Notes under the pieces: model-generated
Told to the model about the DNA's origin: nothing
Database searches by the model: none
The model's input: the letters and a program-made list of their open reading frames with translations, nothing else
Shown: positions 1-9,206 of the stretch, one piece after another
How the letters are laid out: each line of letters opens with the position of its first letter
Numbering within the stretch: position 1 is the first letter of the stretch
Made by a program: the position numbers and the translations under genes
Assembly (NCBI RefSeq): GCF_047555085.1
Contig: NZ_CP180230.1
Location: 780,001-812,000, forward strand
Origin: Candidatus Saccharimonadota bacterium
GTDB lineage: Archaea; Nanohalarchaeota; Nanosalinia; Nanosalinales; Nanosalinaceae
Length of the DNA: 32,000 bases
Direction of reading: 5' to 3'

Positions 1-1
1 T

Positions 2-751
2 TGGGCGGAAGCTATGCGAGAGATCTCCGCAAGACTGGAGGAGATGCCTGGTGAAAGAGGTTATCCTGCTTATCTTGCTTCAAGGCTTGCAGAGTTCTAT
101 GAGCGTGCTGGAAGAGTTGATCCTCTTGCAGATGAGGATCCGGGTTCCGTCTCGATCATCGGAGCTGTTTCACCTCCGGGAGGAGACTTCTCGGAGCCTG
201 TTACTCAGAACACCTTGCGTGTTGTGAAGAACTTCTGGGCTCTGGACAAGGATCTGGCCGAGAAGAGGCACTTCCCATCGATTAACTGGGATGATTCTTA
301 CTCCGGTTATGAGGATATGCTTGCAGACTACTTCAAGGAAGAAGTAGACGACGACTGGAGTGACAACATTCAGAGAATGAAGGATCTGCTTCAGAAGGAC
401 GGCGAGCTTCAGGAGACAGTTCAGCTTGTCGGAAAGGATGCTCTTCCGGAAAGAGAAAGATTGACACTGGAGATTGGAACATTGATAAAGCAGTTCTACC
501 TGCAGCAGAATGCATTCCATCCTGTCGATCAGTACTCTTCACCGCAGAAGACTTTCGACATCCTTGAACTGATCCTGGACTGGGGAGACAACGCTTACCA
601 GGCACTTGAGGACGGTGCAGCTGTACAGGATATCGTTTCACTGGCCTCAAAGAACAGAATCAGTGAGGTCAAAACCGCAGATGACTACGAGGATAAGATA
701 AACGAACTCCGTGACCAGATGGATGAAGAGTTCTCGGAGCTTGAGAGGTGA
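2..751 (+). CDS. atpA: A-type (A1AO/V-type) ATP synthase catalytic subunit A, C-terminal part; the 5' end lies upstream of the window
   Basis: Frame is open to the window edge. Motifs EMPGERGYPAYLASRLAEFYERAG and SIIGAVSPPGGDFSEPVTQNT are typical of A subunits. Directly followed by the B and D subunit genes. Confidence 0.93.
   Translation, partial: WAEAMREISARLEEMPGERGYPAYLASRLAEFYERAGRVDPLADEDPGSVSIIGAVSPPGGDFSEPVTQNTLRVVKNFWALDKDLAEKRHFPSINWDDSYSGYEDMLADYFKEEVDDDWSDNIQRMKDLLQKDGELQETVQLVGKDALPERERLTLEIGTLIKQFYLQQNAFHPVDQYSSPQKTFDILELILDWGDNAYQALEDGAAVQDIVSLASKNRISEVKTADDYEDKINELRDQMDEEFSELER
745..751 (+). promoter_or_regulatory. Shine-Dalgarno-like GAGGTGA for atpB (overlaps the atpA stop)
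   Basis: GAGGTGA lies 10 nt before ATG 762. Similar (A)AGGTGA/AGGAGG elements sit at 2150-2155, 23097-23103, 26255-26261 and 27102-27107, each ahead of an operon-internal or leadered gene. Confidence 0.6.
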
Positions 752-761
752 TTTTTGAACA

Positions 762-2138
762 ATGACACAAGAAGAATACCAGACTATTGAACAGGTGAAA
801 GGACCGCTTGTCTACGTTGAGAAAACCAGAGACGTCGCCTATGGAGACATCGTTGAAATCGAGACTCCGGACGGAGAGGTCAAAAGAGGAGAAGTTCTGG
901 AGACTTCAAAAGACGTCGTAGTAGTCCAGGTGTACGAGGAGACACAGGGAATCGGACAGGATGCACGAGTCCGTTTCATGGACGAAAACGTCAAGATGCC
1001 TGTTACAGAGGATCTTCTGGGAAGAATCCTTGACGGTACCGGAGATCCAATCGACGATGGGCCTGAAGTAATCCCTGAAGAGGAACGAGACATTCAGGGA
1101 GAGGCCATCAACCCTTACTCAAGAGAGCTTCCGGAAGACTTCATCCAGACAGGAATCTCCACGATTGACGTGGCGAACACTCTTGTCAAGGGACAGAAAC
1201 TTCCGATCTTCTCCGGATCAGGCCTTCCGCACAACCGTCTTGCAAAACAGATCGCAAGACAGGCCGATGTAAAAGGAGAGGATACAGATTTCGCAGTAGT
1301 ATTCGCAGGAATGGGAATCACAGAGGAAGAATCTCAGGACTTCATCGAAGAGTTCGAGGACACAGGAGCACTTGAACGCTCCGTAGTTTTCCTGAACAAG
1401 GCCTCTGATCCTGCACCGGAAAGAATAATCACGCCAAGAATGGCGTTGACGACTGCAGAGTTCCTGGCTTTCGAGAAAGGTATGGATGTCCTTGTCATCA
1501 TGACAGACATGACAAACTACTGTAACGCACTGCGAGAAGTATCTGCAGCTAGAGAGGAAGTTCCAGGGCGAAGAGGATATCCTGGATACATGTATACAGA
1601 TCTTGCAGAGCTTTACGAGCGTGCTGGATTGATTGAAGGCGAGGAAGGATCTGTTACACAGCTTCCTATCCTTACAATGCCTAACGACGATCAGACACAT
1701 CCTATCCCAGACCTTACAGGTTACATTACAGAGGGACAGATCGTTGTCGACAGAGATCTCGATAATCAGGGCCTGAATCCGCCTATAGATATCCTTCCAA
1801 GTCTTTCCCGTCTGGAGGACAACGGTATCGGAGAGGGCTACACTCGCGAAGACCACGGAGATGTTTCAGATCAGCTATACGCTCTCTACGCAGAAGGTGA
1901 GAGCCTGAGAGATCTTGTTTCAATTGTAGGAGAAGATGCGTTGAGTGATAGAGATGAGAAAATCCTTAACTTCACACGTGAGTTCGAGAAAAAGTTTGTC
2001 GGACAGGGCTTCGATGAAGATAGAGACATCGAGGACTCCCTTGATCTGGCTTGGGAACTGCTTTCACTTGTTCCTGAAGCCGAGCTGACCAGGATTGACC
2101 CTGAAATGCGTGAGGAGAGGCTCCCTGACGGGGAGTAA
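762..2138 (+). CDS. atpB: A-type ATP synthase subunit B
   Basis: 458 aa with motifs [11 protein letters not shown] and [28 protein letters not shown] Shine-Dalgarno at 745-751. Canonical A-B-D gene order. Confidence 0.96.
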   Translation: MTQEEYQTIEQVKGPLVYVEKTRDVAYGDIVEIETPDGEVKRGEVLETSKDVVVVQVYEETQGIGQDARVRFMDENVKMPVTEDLLGRILDGTGDPIDDGPEVIPEEERDIQGEAINPYSRELPEDFIQTGISTIDVANTLVKGQKLPIFSGSGLPHNRLAKQIARQADVKGEDTDFAVVFAGMGITEEESQDFIEEFEDTGALERSVVFLNKASDPAPERIITPRMALTTAEFLAFEKGMDVLVIMTDMTNYCNALREVSAAREEVPGRRGYPGYMYTDLAELYERAGLIEGEEGSVTQLPILTMPNDDQTHPIPDLTGYITEGQIVVDRDLDNQGLNPPIDILPSLSRLEDNGIGEGYTREDHGDVSDQLYALYAEGESLRDLVSIVGEDALSDRDEKILNFTREFEKKFVGQGFDEDRDIEDSLDLAWELLSLVPEAELTRIDPEMREERLPDGE

Positions 2139-2159
2139 ACCTCTCTTTCAGGTGATAAA

Positions 2160-2789
2160 ATGTCACAGGACGTAAAGCCAACACGCAGTGAGGAACTCAG
2201 GCTGAAGGATCGTATCCAGCTCGCTGAAGATGGACACGACATACTTGAGAAAAAGCGGGATGGACTTATCCACGAGTTCATGCAGGTAATCGACGATGCA
2301 AGAGACGTCAACGAAGATCTTGCAAAACTCTACAGCGAGGCCCAGGAAAAACTGCAGCTGGCGAAGATCTACGACGGAGAGGAATCAGTACATGCCAACG
2401 CATTGAACATCACTGATGAGCCTCTTCTGAAGACCGAACAGCAGAATATCATGGGAGTAGTAGTACCTGAGATCGAATCAGTTGAAGTGCAGAAACACGT
2501 CCTGAACAGAGAATACGGCGTAACTTCATCCACTTCACGGATAGACTCAACAGCGGACAAGCACGAAGAGCTTCTCGAGAAAATCGTGGAGGCAGCAGAG
2601 ACACAGACAAAGATTCTCAAGCTGCTTGACGAAATAGAGAAGACAAAGAGGCGTGTGAACGCACTTGAGCACAAGACGATCCCGGAGATGAACTCTGCAC
2701 TGGACTACGTATCCCAGACACTGGAAGAAAATGCGCGAGAGGAAACTTTCCGCATGAAGAAGATCAAGGAAATGCAGGACGAAAGATAG
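2160..2789 (+). CDS. atpD: A-type ATP synthase subunit D (central stalk)
   Basis: N-terminus VKPTRSEELRLKDRIQLAEDGHDILEKKRDGLIHEF matches the D-subunit signature. Long coiled-coil protein located after atpB. AGGTGA at 2150-2155. Confidence 0.9.
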   Translation: MSQDVKPTRSEELRLKDRIQLAEDGHDILEKKRDGLIHEFMQVIDDARDVNEDLAKLYSEAQEKLQLAKIYDGEESVHANALNITDEPLLKTEQQNIMGVVVPEIESVEVQKHVLNREYGVTSSTSRIDSTADKHEELLEKIVEAAETQTKILKLLDEIEKTKRRVNALEHKTIPEMNSALDYVSQTLEENAREETFRMKKIKEMQDER

Positions 2790-2883
2790 ATTTTCCGCAA
2801 GGCCTTCAGATTTCCAAAAATATCCTTTTCTCCCTCTTCTTAATTCAAAAAATAATTTAATAGAGCAGTGGCGATGTTAGCCT

Positions 2884-3165
2884 ATGTCAGATATTTCGGA
2901 GTTAGATGCACAAGAGGCACAAGAACTTGACCAGATACGTCAGGAACTAGAAAACTTGGCAGGAGAGGTAGTAGACCTTACAGAAAATTTGAAAAGCAAC
3001 TTAAAGGAAGCTAAAGACATTCAGGAGAGGCTTGAACAAATCGATACGCAAGTTCAAACTGTTGAAGAACAAACTCAAGAAGAAGCTCAAAGAGAGCAGA
3101 AGAAAGAACAAGAAAGAAGCGCTGGATCAAATATTAATACTGTCGACGTTGGAGATGACTTTTAG
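2884..3165 (+). CDS. Small acidic coiled-coil protein, function unknown
   Basis: 93-aa ORF with E/Q/D-rich heptad-like sequence. AT-rich TATA-like stretch AATAATTTAATA lies about 25-35 nt upstream of the ATG. Composition matches the acidic proteome. Confidence 0.55.
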   Translation: MSDISELDAQEAQELDQIRQELENLAGEVVDLTENLKSNLKEAKDIQERLEQIDTQVQTVEEQTQEEAQREQKKEQERSAGSNINTVDVGDDF

Positions 3166-3191
3166 AGATAAAATAAGAGGATAGAGGATCT

Positions 3192-4445
3192 TTACTTTTC
3201 CTGCTCTTCAGGATTTTCCTCTTCATCTTCTACTTCTTTCTCGGCCTCTTTCTGTAGATTTGGTATTACATCTTCACCAGAGGCCTTCTTTGCGACATCG
3301 TTCGGATTTACGTCAGGAGTTATATCCTCATCCTCTTTCTTCATGTTCTGGATATCTTTCCCGACATCCGAGATGAACTCCCTTGTATCTGACTTGAGCT
3401 CGTAGAGTTCTTTCTCGTCGACTTCATCCATGCTCTTTTCTCTTACCTTGGAGATGATATCATCCCATTTCTGGAACATTTCCATGTGTTCTTCTCCGAA
3501 ATCAAGATTTTCTTCAACTACTTCTGGCAGATCATCTTTGTCCTGAGGCGGTTCTACACCGTTCGACTTGAGCGCTGCAACATTTGCCTTCAGGAAGTTC
3601 TTGTAGTCATCAACTATATCTTTGACTTTCTTCCTTGCACCGAGCTGTGAGACAAGCTTGTGCATCCTGCGGACAAAATCATCTGTCTTCTCCAGGTGCT
3701 CATCCAGGGCCTCTCCTGTGACTTCTTCAGGATTTTTCTCTCCTGTATCACCGAAGTCGTAGATCTCCCTTGCTTTCTCAACGTATTCTTCTTCAAGTAA
3801 ATCTTTCTCCACGAAAAGTTCCTCTAATGTATCAGGAACTTTCTCCTTGCCTGGAGGTGTCTTTCCTACAAGCATGATAGGTGCCTGTCCGGCGTTTGCC
3901 ATGACCTGTTCAAGCTTGTGCGGGATTGAAGACTTCATATTTTTCTCGGCCTTCTTGTAGCCGGTAGCGGCCAGTTTAAGTCTTTTCTTCACCGATTCCT
4001 GGGTGCCAGAGATCTTTCCTCTTTCAAGAAGCCTCTTAGCAGGCATAAACATACCTGTATCGTATACTGCTTCTCCGTTTCTCACTGCTTCTATAGCCAG
4101 AGGCTCCCCCTTTCTGAGAGAATCCCAGAACTCTGTAAGGAACGGGAAGTACTGAATAGTAATTCTTTCATCGACTTCATCTGCCAGAGAAGTTACCTTG
4201 CGTCTTATCTTTTTCTTGGCATCCTTCGGAACATCCTTCTTCAACTTCGTATCATCCAGAATAACAAGCGTATCTATATCGCTTTCTACACCATGTTCTC
4301 CCTGCGGGACACTTCCCCAGACAGCTACAACTTTTACCTTGTCACCAAGTTTTTCATTCAACTGTTTGGAGAACTCTTCAACCGACTCAAACCTTCTTTC
4401 CTGAGACTTTTCCCTCATCTTCTTCATCTTGTCCTTGGAGCTCAT
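3192..4445 (-). CDS. Pol-beta-type nucleotidyltransferase domain protein with long helical and acidic C-terminal extension
   Basis: Motif GSVPQGEHGVESDIDTLVILDD fits the minimal nucleotidyltransferase pattern (GS...DxD). I prefer the ATG at 4445 (MSSKDKMKK...) over the track's TTG at 4532, because GTTTATAA (4480-4487, minus sense) lies about 35 nt upstream of that ATG. Confidence 0.7.
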   Translation of the reverse strand: MSSKDKMKKMREKSQERRFESVEEFSKQLNEKLGDKVKVVAVWGSVPQGEHGVESDIDTLVILDDTKLKKDVPKDAKKKIRRKVTSLADEVDERITIQYFPFLTEFWDSLRKGEPLAIEAVRNGEAVYDTGMFMPAKRLLERGKISGTQESVKKRLKLAATGYKKAEKNMKSSIPHKLEQVMANAGQAPIMLVGKTPPGKEKVPDTLEELFVEKDLLEEEYVEKAREIYDFGDTGEKNPEEVTGEALDEHLEKTDDFVRRMHKLVSQLGARKKVKDIVDDYKNFLKANVAALKSNGVEPPQDKDDLPEVVEENLDFGEEHMEMFQKWDDIISKVREKSMDEVDEKELYELKSDTREFISDVGKDIQNMKKEDEDITPDVNPNDVAKKASGEDVIPNLQKEAEKEVEDEEENPEEQEK

Positions 4446-4530
4446 GGCAGATACACAGACAAGGATTTCCTGACGAGGCTTATAAACCTTAACAAATCCA
4501 TCTACAGAGCCTGAAACCTGATTTAACGGC

Positions 4531-4549
4531 AAAAGAAAAACTGAGGCCT
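4531..4549 (-). terminator. Putative archaeal oligo-T terminator after the 803-aa gene (minus sense TAGAGGCCTCAGTTTTTCTTTT)
   Basis: T-tract TTTTTCTTTT (4531-4540, minus sense) lies immediately downstream of the stop codon and an AGGCCT copy. The next gene has its own TATA-like element. Confidence 0.45.
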
Positions 4550-6961
4550 CTAACGATACTGCTCATTCAGCCATTCGCCAGGCCTTGTGCCGCTGTCAGT
4601 AGCTGCTCTGCCGGAGTAAGTATGATCAAAGCTTTCTGCCTCAAGGAGGCCTTGAAGAGGATCGAAAGCATGTTCCTCTATCTTCGTCCACTCCATGTTG
4701 GTGCTTGATTGATCTAGGCCGAAAAATCTTGCTATCAGGGCCTGTTTCCTGTTCTCGTACTCGCCGTCGTCGGGCACCTTCACCGGATCAAGATCGTCTG
4801 GCTCTACACCAAGCTCTATAAGATCCATAGCGATCCTTGTAGTGTAAAGCGTCTCAGCGTACTCTCCTCCGATCTCGAACATTACTATGCCTTCAGAGTC
4901 TTCACCGTCATTCCTGCAGAATCCTGCATCCACCATCATATACAGGTATCTGTAAAGCACTGTATCCCCTCTCATGAACGGTCCATGCCTGTGGATACCC
5001 TGCTGTTCAAATCCAGGCTTTGTAAGGTGGTAAGTCTTCAGTATATCAGCAAGAGGCTTCTCCTTGTCTATATCAAATCTTTCATCTTCAGCAAGAGCCT
5101 TCTCCTGATCAACAAGCTTCTGCAGCTCGACTTCAGGATCTACACCGAAACTGGCAGTATGCTCAAGGTCGACGGTGAACTTCAGAGGATTACCTCTGTA
5201 CTCTCCCTCCCATTCTTCACTCTCATTCCTGGCAGTAAGATTTACCGCCCTGCATGCCACTGCAATATCTTTAGGCCTCCATAATCGAAGCAAGTTCCCT
5301 GGATCACCGTACATGGCCTCTATATTTGTCTTCAGGCCATGCTTGTTCATCCACTGTATCCACGTCATGTTCTCTTCTGGCTCAAGGCCTGTATTTTTAT
5401 CTCCGTCGAACGTGTCTTCCCTCTGAGTGAACTGCCCCCATAGATAAGTTGCAGCGACAGCAGCAGTAATATCCAGTCTGAACTCTCTATCCGAATCCAG
5501 ACGCTCCTTCACTTCACTGTATTCGCTGAAGTCCAAATCATAATTATTCTCTACAATCGTCTCCCATATGAACTTAGGAGCCTCAAAGCTAGGATGATTC
5601 TCGTATTCTTTATCAGCAACTGTAAGCCAGGCAGGAATAATGTTGTAAAATACCGTCGATTCTTTCTCCATCTGTCTACCTATCTGCGTCCTGTCAATGA
5701 GGCGATGGAAAAGCTCAAGATATTTTTCTTCACCGCTCTCATCCGTATACTCCTCATAGGCCTTCTCATACCCTGAAAATACTTTTTTCGCCTTCTCCCT
5801 CATTGCATCAGTATCCGCCTCATCCGCTATATCCTGCTGCTGTATATCCAGTCTGTTAGTTAATGCAGAGACCTTTGCCTGGAAAGAAAGGCCTTTGTCA
5901 TTCCCATTGCCCGTCCAGAGCTTGTTCATCACAGAATTGATTGCCGAAAGAATCACCTTCCTGTCATTTTCAGAGAGGCCTTCATCATTCTGTATCTCGT
6001 AAACATTCTCGGCTAGCTGACGAACATTAGGCGTTCTACCAGCATATGCCTGAATAGCAGTTTCAAGCACCGCAACAGACTCAGGATCTTCTGTGTTAAC
6101 AGGCCTATGTGACAAGTCTACAGGCCTTTCAAGCTCTTTCTCCCCGATTTTCTCCCTGTAAATCAGAGATATTCCCTGATCTATGCCGGCTCCTGTCTCG
6201 ACAAGAGAGGCCTTGCCTCTTATGTCTCCTGAAAGCCTCTCAGCGTAAAGATCGTTGGCTACTTCGTCTCTGGCGTCACGCCATTCTTTTTCGAACCAGT
6301 CAGAGTACTCTCCGAACATTCCATAAAGCTGTATTGGCTCGATGTTTTCTGCGATAAGGTAGTCAAACAGTAGCTCCATGAACTCTTTATTTCTGTAGAT
6401 ATTAGGTTCCTTGTTATCTTTTACTTCCGTTATAGACTGTCCAAATGGATCAAGAGACTTGTCAGATGCAATCTGCTCTTCCAGAGGCGGTATCTGCTCT
6501 GTTGAAGCATGCATATTGACATAGCCTACGCTGAAGCCGTATTCATCTTCAACCTGTTTTTTGAAGCTTGCTAACTGATCCAGATATCTTGTAAAATATC
6601 TGTGGACAACATTATATCCTGCCTGAACCCCCTGTGCTCTTGTAGCATACGCTGCTCCGTATCCAAGATCTGTATTTCCGTGGAACGTGACATCTACTCC
6701 CAGCTGACCTACAACATTCAGTATATCCTCTCTGTCAACCTGAAAAGTTGCAGGATTCTGTAGAAGAACTTCAAGTACCTCTCCACCTTTCTGGGCCGTA
6801 CTTCCTATTCTCTGGGCTAGAGGGCCTGGCTCCTGCCCTACATCCATTCCTGTCGTGTTACCGACAAGATAGTTCATATCGTTGAACTTCGGGCCGTCTT
6901 CTTCATCCTCATTTTCCTTGAGTTTGTCCATAAAGTTCAGCAGGAAAGACATAGCGATCAC
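4550..6961 (-). CDS. Large (about 800 aa) protein; motif pattern suggests a xylose isomerase/endonuclease IV-like TIM-barrel metalloenzyme with a very large insertion
   Basis: Ordered motifs: VDVTFHGN, VGYVNMHAS, then a long insert, then TNIEAMYG, FTVDLEHTASFGVDPE, TYHLTKPG...GIHRHGPFMRGD and VMFEIGGE. This resembles the H/H/E/DxxH/H/H/E metal-ligand layout of the AP_endonuc_2-type barrel. Start is either GTG 6961 (GTGA overlap with the upstream stop) or ATG 6952. Confidence 0.75.
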   Translation of the reverse strand: MIAMSFLLNFMDKLKENEDEEDGPKFNDMNYLVGNTTGMDVGQEPGPLAQRIGSTAQKGGEVLEVLLQNPATFQVDREDILNVVGQLGVDVTFHGNTDLGYGAAYATRAQGVQAGYNVVHRYFTRYLDQLASFKKQVEDEYGFSVGYVNMHASTEQIPPLEEQIASDKSLDPFGQSITEVKDNKEPNIYRNKEFMELLFDYLIAENIEPIQLYGMFGEYSDWFEKEWRDARDEVANDLYAERLSGDIRGKASLVETGAGIDQGISLIYREKIGEKELERPVDLSHRPVNTEDPESVAVLETAIQAYAGRTPNVRQLAENVYEIQNDEGLSENDRKVILSAINSVMNKLWTGNGNDKGLSFQAKVSALTNRLDIQQQDIADEADTDAMREKAKKVFSGYEKAYEEYTDESGEEKYLELFHRLIDRTQIGRQMEKESTVFYNIIPAWLTVADKEYENHPSFEAPKFIWETIVENNYDLDFSEYSEVKERLDSDREFRLDITAAVAATYLWGQFTQREDTFDGDKNTGLEPEENMTWIQWMNKHGLKTNIEAMYGDPGNLLRLWRPKDIAVACRAVNLTARNESEEWEGEYRGNPLKFTVDLEHTASFGVDPEVELQKLVDQEKALAEDERFDIDKEKPLADILKTYHLTKPGFEQQGIHRHGPFMRGDTVLYRYLYMMVDAGFCRNDGEDSEGIVMFEIGGEYAETLYTTRIAMDLIELGVEPDDLDPVKVPDDGEYENRKQALIARFFGLDQSSTNMEWTKIEEHAFDPLQGLLEAESFDHTYSGRAATDSGTRPGEWLNEQYR

Positions 6962-8607
6962 TTCATAGTAAACAGGCCGAAGCCGATCTTCAGATCATAG
7001 TAGTACCTGAACTTCATCTCATGCTCCATATCAGCCCATGCTGTGCTTTCATCAACCAGATATTTATCCACCTGGCCTGTAAAGAGTTTAAGCTTCCTTT
7101 CTATACCCTGATAGAAATCAGGTCCGCCGCTTTCCGAATCCTCGTGGAATTCAGTGTCCAAGACTTCATCTAGGGCCTTTAACTGATCATCATTGAATAC
7201 AACATCCAGTTCATCCAGTCCGTCTTCCACCCTTCTGATACGTGAAGATACCTCCAGAGGGATTTGCTCGCCAATCTCTTCTTCTAGGGCCTCTCTCAGC
7301 TCCCTGACCGACATATCTTTTTCATGCCTGGCATCTTTCAGTTTCTTTCCTTTCTTGGTATCAATATTTCCTTTGTAGTCCTGAAGCTTCAGTTTCAAGT
7401 CTTTCTCAACTTCATCAATACGTTCCTTGAAAATATTCTCAAAGACAAACTTGTCGACAATCGCCGGATGCCAGAAAACCTTCGCTACAGAAGGCCCCTG
7501 CTTCGGATCAGTCGGCTCCTCACCACCGGCCAAGTTCGCATGCACCTGATGCAGAAAAATCACTCTGTAATGAGTGATCTCATCCTCATCATCCGTTACA
7601 ACTATGTCTTCTCCGGTATTCTTCAGGCCTCTGTAAATTATATATTCTCTTTCAGTAAACAGCGAGCTGTATCCCCGTAGCTGTATATGCCTCCGCATGT
7701 CAGAGGCCAGTTCCTCCTGAGACTTGTTGTTAATCATCTCCATATCCCGTACGTACGGCTCCAAATAATCCTCAGTCTCTTCTATAGCTCTCTCAATTCC
7801 TTTCAGCTCTCCTTTCAGCTCTTCAAGCTTCCTCTGAATCTCACTGCCGTACATGTCCTTCCATTTCTCGTACATCGCATACTTCTTCTTCAGAATCGCC
7901 TTAACGTTCGCTGGAAGATGAGCAAGCTTTCCATCCTCCAGATCCTCTTCATCCTTATCCTCGTACTTCTTTGCCTTATCCTCGGCAGACATCAGATCCT
8001 CCGTGGAATCCATCTCGTTGAAGTCAGCGACTATAGAAGGATACAGATTCTGATCACGCAGGAACTTAAGAGAAGCTCTATCGCCTCCCTGGCCTCCCGA
8101 AGCACCGGCTCCATCAACCAGTTCGACGAAGTCAGCCTTTATCCGGGTTTCGTTCCCTTCCTCGATGTCCTCTATGCGGGAACGGAGCTTCCTTATATCA
8201 TGTTCAAGCATATGCTTCTGTTTCAGAAGCTCCGAAAGATTACGCTTAGTCTCTTTTACACGTTGCTCCGCATTCTGATGCTGCTGCATCAACTGATTAT
8301 GCAACTGGCTGTCAGGAGAGACATAAACACTTTCCTCAACCTTTTCGGCAGTATAGTTAAGATCATCAGCGAACTTGTCAACAGAATTAATAACCATCCC
8401 ATAAGGGACTCCTCCACGTGTATTGGACTTTACCTTGATCGACTTCCACTGCTCTCCCATCAGACCTTTTATCGATCCTGGACCATCATCACTCCTTACA
8501 TCCTCCAAGGTCTCGATCTTGCCGCTGCGTACAGCTTTTTCCCACGGCGAACCGTTAGAGGTCTTGAAAACATATCCAAAACCCGGATGATCTTTTGAGT
8601 CTGACAC
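6958..8607 (-). CDS. 549-aa acidic coiled-coil protein, function unknown; first gene of a two-gene operon
   Basis: Long ORF with acidic composition. GTG start at 8607 with ATTTTAAG (8633-8640, minus sense) about 26 nt upstream. Central heptad-rich regions and a Gly-rich patch GAGASGGQGGD. Stop overlaps the start of the next gene. Confidence 0.78.
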   Translation of the reverse strand: MSDSKDHPGFGYVFKTSNGSPWEKAVRSGKIETLEDVRSDDGPGSIKGLMGEQWKSIKVKSNTRGGVPYGMVINSVDKFADDLNYTAEKVEESVYVSPDSQLHNQLMQQHQNAEQRVKETKRNLSELLKQKHMLEHDIRKLRSRIEDIEEGNETRIKADFVELVDGAGASGGQGGDRASLKFLRDQNLYPSIVADFNEMDSTEDLMSAEDKAKKYEDKDEEDLEDGKLAHLPANVKAILKKKYAMYEKWKDMYGSEIQRKLEELKGELKGIERAIEETEDYLEPYVRDMEMINNKSQEELASDMRRHIQLRGYSSLFTEREYIIYRGLKNTGEDIVVTDDEDEITHYRVIFLHQVHANLAGGEEPTDPKQGPSVAKVFWHPAIVDKFVFENIFKERIDEVEKDLKLKLQDYKGNIDTKKGKKLKDARHEKDMSVRELREALEEEIGEQIPLEVSSRIRRVEDGLDELDVVFNDDQLKALDEVLDTEFHEDSESGGPDFYQGIERKLKLFTGQVDKYLVDESTAWADMEHEMKFRYYYDLKIGFGLFTMK

Positions 8608-8632
8608 ATTTGAAGTATGGTATTAAATACTA

Positions 8633-8640
8633 CTTAAAAT
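8633..8640 (-). promoter_or_regulatory. TATA-like box (ATTTTAAG, minus sense) for the 549-aa/803-aa operon
   Basis: AT-rich octamer about 26 nt upstream of the GTG at 8607, within a 110-nt divergent intergenic region. Confidence 0.4.
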
Positions 8641-8717
8641 TCCGGCAAACCAGTAAATAATAAACCTCCACGATAATAAACAGTCCAAGAGGCCTCCTAG
8701 ATTGAAGGGGAAAAAAG

Positions 8718-9203
8718 ATGAGAGACAAACTGCTTAAAAGAAAACTGAATCCGTTCCTGCTTGTTACAACAGTTATGGTGCTTGCAATACTTGCAGGCCT
8801 GTCAGTCATGTACCAGCAGGAGCTTGGAGAGCTTGTAGGAACAAAAGATAATCTCAGCACCCAGTTAAAGGACACAGAGGCAGAGCTGGAACAGGCCCAG
8901 CAGAATATTACACGTCTAAGAGACACCAGAGACAGATTGAACAGCGAGATATCAAATCTCAGCACCACACTTGAAAACGTGAGAGAATCCAAAAACAGCG
9001 AGATATCAGGCCTTGAAGACGATCTTCAACAGGCCCGTAACGAAAGAGATAGCTGGCGAGAGAGATTCGAGGAGACAAACAGCTCTCTTGAACAGGTCAA
9101 AACTGAAAGAGATGAGCTGCTTTTCAGTCTTGAGCTCGTATGCAGCGATCTAAATGAATCAGCAAGCTCGTTCGAAGAATGCGAGGCACGTGGTTTCAGC
9201 TAA
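8718..9203 (+). CDS. Membrane-anchored coiled-coil protein
   Basis: N-terminal hydrophobic helix FLLVTTVMVLAILAGLSVM followed by about 110 aa of heptad-like acidic sequence. Stop is 3 nt before the next gene. Confidence 0.65.
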   Translation: MRDKLLKRKLNPFLLVTTVMVLAILAGLSVMYQQELGELVGTKDNLSTQLKDTEAELEQAQQNITRLRDTRDRLNSEISNLSTTLENVRESKNSEISGLEDDLQQARNERDSWRERFEETNSSLEQVKTERDELLFSLELVCSDLNESASSFEECEARGFS

Positions 9204-9206
9204 ATC

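Noticed and set aside
1115-2311. Minus-strand ORFs of 68-212 aa within atpB and atpD (1218-1856, 1886-2311 and others)
   Set aside because: They are antisense to highly conserved ATPase genes. They are Cys/Ser-rich and have no start context.
4446-4532. TTG start at 4532 extending the nucleotidyltransferase ORF by 29 codons
   Set aside because: The extension (PLNQVSGSVDGFVKVYKPRQEILVCVSA) is non-acidic. It overlaps the putative terminator of the upstream gene and the TATA-like GTTTATAA. The ATG at 4445 gives a sensible N-terminus.
7687-8598. 303-aa plus-strand ORF (also 7324-7680 and 7193-7378) inside the 549-aa gene
   Set aside because: It is antisense to a long acidic ORF. The translation is Leu/Ile/Ser/Phe-rich and non-acidic, as expected from reading GAx/GAA-rich codons backwards. 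There is no promoter or SD context. I treat it as a shadow ORF.
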